This document shows positions 57,772 through 64,000 of a stretch of DNA of 64,000 bases, one piece after another (position 1 is the first letter of the stretch; each line of letters starts with the position of its first letter). A program made the translations under genes and the position numbers. Origin of the DNA: Minutocellus sp. GHC0000111 (Eukaryota); NCBI GenBank assembly GCA_977018835.1, contig OZ361257.1:3472001-3536000 (forward strand). Direction: 5' to 3'. The notes beneath the pieces are model-generated. The model searched no databases. It was not told where the DNA came from and was given only the letters and a program-made list of their open reading frames with translations.

Positions 57772-60262
57772 CTATTCAGCTGAGGAAGAGGAAGTAGCTG
57801 GTGTCAGCTGCAATAAATTCCTCACTGCTCTCGATCCTCGGATTTCCAACACTCTAACGGCCACCTGTTGGAAGACGTCCGTGACTTCCTCCAAAACCGG
57901 GGCGAATTCCACTCGGCGCTTATCATCGCTAATGTAAACAACAAGCTCCCGCAGGAATTCCATCATAGATTCCAATCTATCTGCTTGGGCGGCACTGCCA
58001 TCCTCGTCGCCATCTGATGACAAGGCGGATTGCATCACATCCAGCATGGCACGCAGCTCTTCCATACGTCGCTCGTTGACTGGACCATTTCCACCGGGTA
58101 GTGGTCGAATGAGGCCCCTAGAAATGCGAAGCAGATTGGCTTCACCGATGCTCGCCATGCCATCAATAGCTTCCGATAGTTCATAAACGAGCGGTTTCTT
58201 CATGAACATGCCGGTTTTGCTGGTTAGGAATTTGAAGAAGAGCTCAATGGTCTGTCGAGATACGCTCCTCTTGTCATCGGCATTGTCTTCATTGGGATTG
58301 TAGTTTTTCGATGCTTTTTCGGCCAAGAGCAGCAGTGACCTCAGTCGATCCCATTCGATCTCTTGTTCTGTTTGGTTACCGGTATGGTTGGTGTTCAAAG
58401 AGGTTGCAAATATTAGGGGATATCAATGGTATTTTAAAAATGTGGAAACAAAATGAAATATGGAACAGCTAATTGCAGTCAAGACAATAAACTCACCATT
58501 TCCATCCACCGTCAGCAATCGAATTAGGAGTAACCGTAATGATTCTGGCGTACGCTCTTCGCCATCAGGAGATAACACCACGTACCAATCGAAACTTTGG
58601 ATCAACACTCAATGCAAAACCCTCGAGAATCGTGAGACTTCGAATGATAATGGTAAAGAATGGCGGCGTCTTGAATCTGAGAACATTTTCTCGGCTGATG
58701 GCATCCAGCTCAGCTTGGAGCGAGCTGAAATTGATATCCGATGCCTTGCCAGTACCACCAGTAGCGGCTCTTACGGCTGTTCGTAGACGTGGAATCAATA
58801 TATCAATCTGTGCAGTGTCCTCTAGAAAGCCCAGCTTGAGTAAATTTTCAGTAATGAGAGGTGAATCCTTGTTCTGGATGCCGATACTGAGACCAATCAA
58901 ACCATAACGTTCCTCTTCCGAAACGTCAGCCATCATACCAAAGTCAATCACAGCCAGCTTTCCATCCTTTGTTTTGAGGAGGTTACCTCGATGGGGATCG
59001 GCATGGAAAAGACCAGTGTGGAGGAGTTGGTCGACGGAACATCGAAGTCCAATCCTCACCATATCGATTCCTTCGTCACCAAGCCAAGGACCCTTCTCCC
59101 CGTCTACCCACTGCTGAACGAGTACCTTTTTGCGTGTAAGAGCAAAGGATGATTCCGGCACAAGCACATCGGGCCAATCGCCATACAGCTCCCTAAATCT
59201 CTCACAGTTGTTTGCTTCCCGTTTGTAGTCTAGCTCTCCAAAGAGCTGCATGCCAAACTGATCAGCAATGGCAGGAAGACCTCCACCACGAAATTTTGAT
59301 AGCCACTCCGCGGCTCGTCGTATCAGGTACATATCCAACGAAGCAGATGCTGCGGCATCTGGACGCTGCACTTTAATCGCAACAATCCTCCCTCCCCAAC
59401 GATCTGCCTCGGCCTTGCCAATGGCAGCCTCCAGTCGAGGACCACGCTTTATTCGAGCCTTGTAACATTGACCTATCGAAGCACTTGCAATGGCTTGGTT
59501 GTCATTGTAAAACTCAAAGAGACTAAGGATAGGGTCGTTCTCCACCATCTTCTCCAACTTGTTGAGACGGCGCTTTGATTTGCCACCGGTACTGCTCGAA
59601 GCAGCAGACATGGGTAATCCCTTGAGCTTTGGGAGCAAATCAGACAATTATTTTCGCATAATATCCATGGCTTCAATATCAGAGAAAGATCCCACAGCAT
59701 CCACCAGCTTTCCCAACTCGTCGGCCCAAATCTTGTTCTTGAGCAAATCAGGACGCAAGCTCAGTGCCTGGCCAGACTTGACGAGCGCCACGCTGCCCGA
59801 TCGGACGAGGTGCATCCTCAATTCTGCCCCTCTCATGCGCTGAATATCCTCCCTTTTGTCGACACCCCAAAGCTTGTCCGAGATCAGCCCGATGTACCAC
59901 CCCAAGAGGGGCAGACTTAGTGAATTGAGTCTCCATCCCACCTCCAATGGCCTTCGGTCGTAGTACTCGGCAATCTCCTTGGCATTGTATCCCGTCACGG
60001 GTATCGGCTGGAGCTGTGTGTTGGTTCTGCGGTTGCTAATAACGAGCGGTGAGGAGGCTGTCTTTCCATATGCTCTCTGAGCTGCCTTGTGCGGTCGTTC
60101 CAGAGCACGATCGGTCGTCGCAGTGGAGAGACGAGTTGCTGGAGGTGGTGTCAGCGGTGCAGAGTTCGAGGCAGAGTTTGGGTGCTGAAACGATGTGCTT
60201 TCCGGCACAAGAAGTGCCAGAGAGACGGCGCCAGCGATCAACCTCCTTCGTTTATTGCCCAT
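57772..60262 (-). CDS. ABC1/UbiB atypical kinase, probably plastid; in-frame TAA 59648-59650, frameshift at ~58575, intron 58368-58496
   Basis: VKSGQALSLRPD, ASASIGQCY, VAIKVQRP, ELDY, HADPHRGN, DFGM. Confidence 0.88.
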
Positions 60263-60566
60263 TGTGATTTTGGGGCGGGAATACGGTTTAGCTGGCCGGC
60301 GGTGGTCGGACTTTGGAATACTTATGAGCGCTATGCTGCCAAGTTGGGCGAGGGATATTCATTCATTCTGCCATGGCTTGCCGATGTGGCAATTTTGTTC
60401 TCGGTAAAAAACGGGAATCCCCCAGAGGCGAAGTTGAAGAAAAATGATCGCGCGATCGCGATCCTCTTCCGGAATGCCAAAGCGCGCGCGACCAAGCAAG
60501 CAACCATGCTCGAGCCCAACCAGCAACAAGTCACTCAAAATTCTTGTTCTACTCTATCACGCAAAA

Positions 60567-61413
60567 ATGAAGCTCGCTCTCCTCTCCAGCCTTATCGCCG
60601 GCGCCGCCGCCTTCGCCCCCGCTCAGCAGGGTGCCTCCTCCACCGCTTTCTCGGCCTTCGAGAACGAGCTCGGTGTTCAGCCCCCTCTCGGCTTCTTCGA
60701 CCCCCTCGGCCTCCTCACCAACGCCGACCAGGAGCGTTTCGAGCGCCTCCGCTACGTCGAGCTCAAGCACGGCCGTATCTGCCAGCTTGTAAGTCGGATA
60801 TATTTGCCTTTGATTGATGGTTTGATGCAGAGATGTGTGGTGATGATGTTTGCAGGCGGATTGCAGCCGGCTATTCAAAGAATAGCAGATTCGCTACTTT
60901 CGCCAACGCAACGCATGCCGAGAGGAAGTTCGAGCGCGCGAGCAGCAATGCGTCTGTGCGGTGCCCACAGTATTTCTAACATGATGCTCTTTCATCCTTC
61001 AATACCACCACTCTTTCTACTATCAGGCCTTCCTCGGCAACATCATCACCCGTGCCGGAATCCACCTTCCCGGAAACCTCGACTACGCTGGTGATTCCTT
61101 CGACTCCTTCCCCAACGGCTGGGCCGCCATCTCCGGCCCCGACTCCATCCCCGGAGGCGCCACCATCCAGATCATCCTCTTCGTCGGCTTCCTCGAGCTC
61201 GCCGTCATGAAGGACATCACCGGAACCGCCGAGTTCCCCGGTGATTTCCGCAACGGTGCCATCGACTTCGGCTGGGATTCCTTCGATGAGGAGACCAAGC
61301 TCCAGAAGCGCGCCATCGAGCTCAACAACGGCCGTGCCGCCCAGATGGGCATCCTCGGCCTCATGGTCCACGAGCAGCTCGGAGGCTCCATCCCCCTTGT
61401 TGGCGAGATGTAA
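60567..61413 (+). CDS. LHCF: Fucoxanthin-chlorophyll a/c binding protein (Lhcf type); intron 60789-61026
   Basis: AAAFAP presequence, FENELGVQPPLGFFDPLG, ELKHGRICQL|AFLG, ELNNGRAAQMG. Confidence 0.97.
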
Positions 61414-63044
61414 ATGTGCTCCCACGTGCCTCTTTTTGTTTTGGATAATAGAAAACAAGAAGAACTGGAGATTGAAAATCATTTTGCTTGCTCGGTCATG
61501 TTCGGTCATGTAGATAGAACAAGAGTCGATGGAGGTGGAATGCACTTATGGAGTATCGTTAAAGTTACTTAGGGACGTGCTGAAGCCTCCGCCGTTCATT
61601 TATCATTTCTATGTACAAGATCTACGAAATTCATGCAAAGGGAAGGCGCCGGGATCGGATTGTACTCCGGTACTCCTCTAGAGTGATTCCACGAGACCGC
61701 CGACAAAATCGCCGTAAATAGTAAGGCACTAGGAAATTTTTTTGTGCGATACTTTATGCAGCGCAAAAATGAACCCACTAAATGGCCTCTCTCAACACGG
61801 CGAAAGCAAGGAGAATTCATCTCCACAAGAAGGCCACCAAATGATGGTATAACGATAAATAACTCCAAGCCAACCGATGTATACGCCAACTACATGCGTT
61901 AGGTGAGTATTGCATACTTGAAAGCAAACTCATTCGTACATCATGTGCTATTTTAGCAACATCTCCTCATGCCCAGAAATTTTCAATATTTTTTACCCTC
62001 AAAATGGCAAAGAATTATGGCTGATGCTTGTCTACATCCATTTCAATCCTCCCTGACCGGCATTACTTTCACTTGGGTAATATTGGGAGCAAGTTTGCGC
62101 CAGAGGGTCGATATTGGGCCCCATCTTTGTATCATTGTGGCCGTCACCATGGAAAGCAAAAACATCTGAAAGTAGCAAATCCCCATTTACAACCCCCTTC
62201 AAGCCTCAACCACTGTTCCTTCACGCAATATCAGCACGCACGATGCTCATTCTATATTACATCCATCGATCTCACGTGTTGGTTTGGCCGCTTTCTCCGG
62301 TTTCGTTCCTCTCGGGCGGCAGAAGCAATGAAGGTGAAATCTGGTGCCGACATCAGACACGGGACTTTGGGAAATAGTTTTCTCTATGAATTGTCAAGAA
62401 ATGCCACCACCCCCCACTCAAATGCGCTTGGTATATATATGGGTGAAGCGTCGACGGCTCAGTGCAACGGAAGTGGTGCATGGACCGCATAAAAGCATCC
62501 GGACCAACTTTCGGATGGGTGGTGTAATGGGGGTGGTAATGGCGCTGGGCCACATTTCGCGGTACAGGCACGCACCGACGCACCGCTATCGCCCAAAAAT
62601 CCCTTCCAGTAATATTCAGGAAGGCATCTAGGTGGTCAGAGTGTATGCGATGGCCGGGGTGGTGCTGTACATCGGGCGAACATGGTCGTGATGGAACGTC
62701 GGAAACTGTCGAAAAAATCGGGTCTAACGCGAACGAATTTTTCAAGGCTCAAAAAAGTAATTGCAAGTCTCCTGCTGCACCACAGTGTTGTGAAAGGCTA
62801 TTACAAGGGTATGGTGCCCCGTAGTCTTGATTGTTCTCAATGGGAGGCACGTCGGCGACACATGTTGTGGCCCCATTCGTTGAACGAAATGGGTTTTGTT
62901 TCGTAATAAAGTTTGATGTATTTTTTCTTTCTTGAAACAGCACAAGTGTATTCTACGACATAAAAATAAATTTTCAAACAATAGTGTACCAAAAGAAACA
63001 CTCTAATACCGTATCTATATCATGTGCTAAAAGAGCACCAAGAT

Positions 63045-63131
63045 CATTGTACCAACTTCCTTTTATTGTTGATTATGGTCTACAATACCCTTCTGAGTAA
63101 GGATCATCAATAAAAGGAAGTTGGTACAATG
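63045..63131. repeat. 29-bp inverted repeat (1 mismatch) with 29-bp spacer
   Basis: CATTGTACCAACTTCCTTTTATTGTTGAT (63045-63073) versus ATCATCAATAAAAGGAAGTTGGTACAATG (63103-63131). Confidence 0.92.
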
Positions 63132-63414
63132 TTTACGAAACATCGCGGAGGGGGTGTCTGCTCTCTCGTGAAATCACTCTCTAGCTAGCTAGACTCTAGC
63201 TAGAATGCTAACGAGTGTACATCGATATGCGACCGACCGCCTGCGCCGCCGCCTTGCCCGTGCATGGTGCCGAACAAGTACATGTACCTGCATTTGCCCT
63301 CCTCTCCTATCAATATCCTCATCCTCCTTCACTCGTCTGATGATAGTCTAGCTCTAGCTAGAGATCCACAACCAGAACTGGCTGCGATTTCAACAACATT
63401 ATCGTAATGTTGTG

Positions 63415-64000
63415 ATGTCTGGTGGTGGTGGCTTGTTTTCCGGCCTGATTGGTCGTCGTCGTCAAGAGGCGGAGGATCGCAATGGTGATCGTGATGACTT
63501 GGAGCCGCAATTTCCAACGACGACTCCACCCACCGGATATGGTTCGATTGGTAACAATGAAGGTATTGGCGGTGGAGATGTGAATGAGGAGGAGGTGGCA
63601 ATCAGCGGGGCACTGCTGCCTGGAGCTGAACCTCCAGATCGACCAAGTGCGCCGACTCCCACTGAAGAAACACAGGCGCCAGCCATACCGCCCATCGTCA
63701 ACCCAGAAGATGTGGAAAGCGAGGAGGAGGAGGTCCAATCCCTGACGCAGCGATTACGCTGTCTGTTTACTGTGCTGACTGTGAGTGCGCCGTTTGGATT
63801 TGGACTTGGCATTTCCCTTGCTTGGCATGCATGTCTGTCAAAAGGGGGGTCTTCATTTGCTACACACATTCATCGATATCGACATCTCAATATCTCGTGT
63901 TATATCTTTTATGCTTCCATTTAATGTTTCCGTATTCAGTTACCAATTATTCCCATCGGAACGGCTCTATCGTTTCTTCTACTGTTCGTCTTGTATGCTG
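63415..64000 (+). CDS. Membrane protein, 5' part only; intron 63781-63939
   Basis: ORF to a GTGAGT donor, resuming in frame after TTCAG with hydrophobic LPIIPIGTALSFLLLFVLYA. Confidence 0.7.

Noticed and set aside
9890..60262. Alternative genetic code or stop-codon reassignment to explain the in-frame stops
   Set aside because: All three stop types occur internally but at most once per gene, all three also terminate genes normally, and frameshifts co-occur; error or decay is simpler.
60789..61026. Box C/D snoRNA in the Lhcf intron (GTGATGA near 60840)
   Set aside because: No downstream CTGA D box or terminal stem found.
61560..63000. Gene or transposon remnant in the long intergenic region
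   Set aside because: Short ORFs have no recognisable motifs, and no TIR/TSD pair could be identified by eye.

Overview
Eukaryotic nuclear DNA from a diatom. Evidence: an Lhcf/FCP gene, several ASAFAP-type plastid presequences, short GT-AG introns, and a DRC7 flagellar gene pointing to a lineage with flagellate sperm. The window is gene-dense, with about 33 protein-coding genes including a CDPK-like kinase, tandem NmrA, WDR74/Nsa1, RanBP1, plastid acyl-ACP desaturase, LMBR1, RPL28, mitochondrial L3, DRC7, mTERF, LSM2, a Ycf29-like regulator, GET3, RbfA, an ABC1 kinase and Lhcf. The standout structure is a 5,125-bp P-element-superfamily DNA transposon (24992-30116). It has an 8-bp TSD (TCCCACCC), CA..TG ends, bipartite inverted repeats with 25/15-bp asymmetric spacers, a broken THAP-like/P-type transposase and a nested TA-flanked 732-bp insertion, and it lies 33 bp upstream of a cysteine-dioxygenase-like gene. 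Eleven host genes, including housekeeping ones, carry in-frame stops or frameshifts, meaning either consensus errors or a decaying haplotype/duplicate. Two long intergenic hairpins, recurrent non-coding motifs and a candidate RXL/KSSK biosilica protein are also present. No tRNA, rRNA or CRISPR array was recognised. Product calls come from motif recognition by eye, not database searches.
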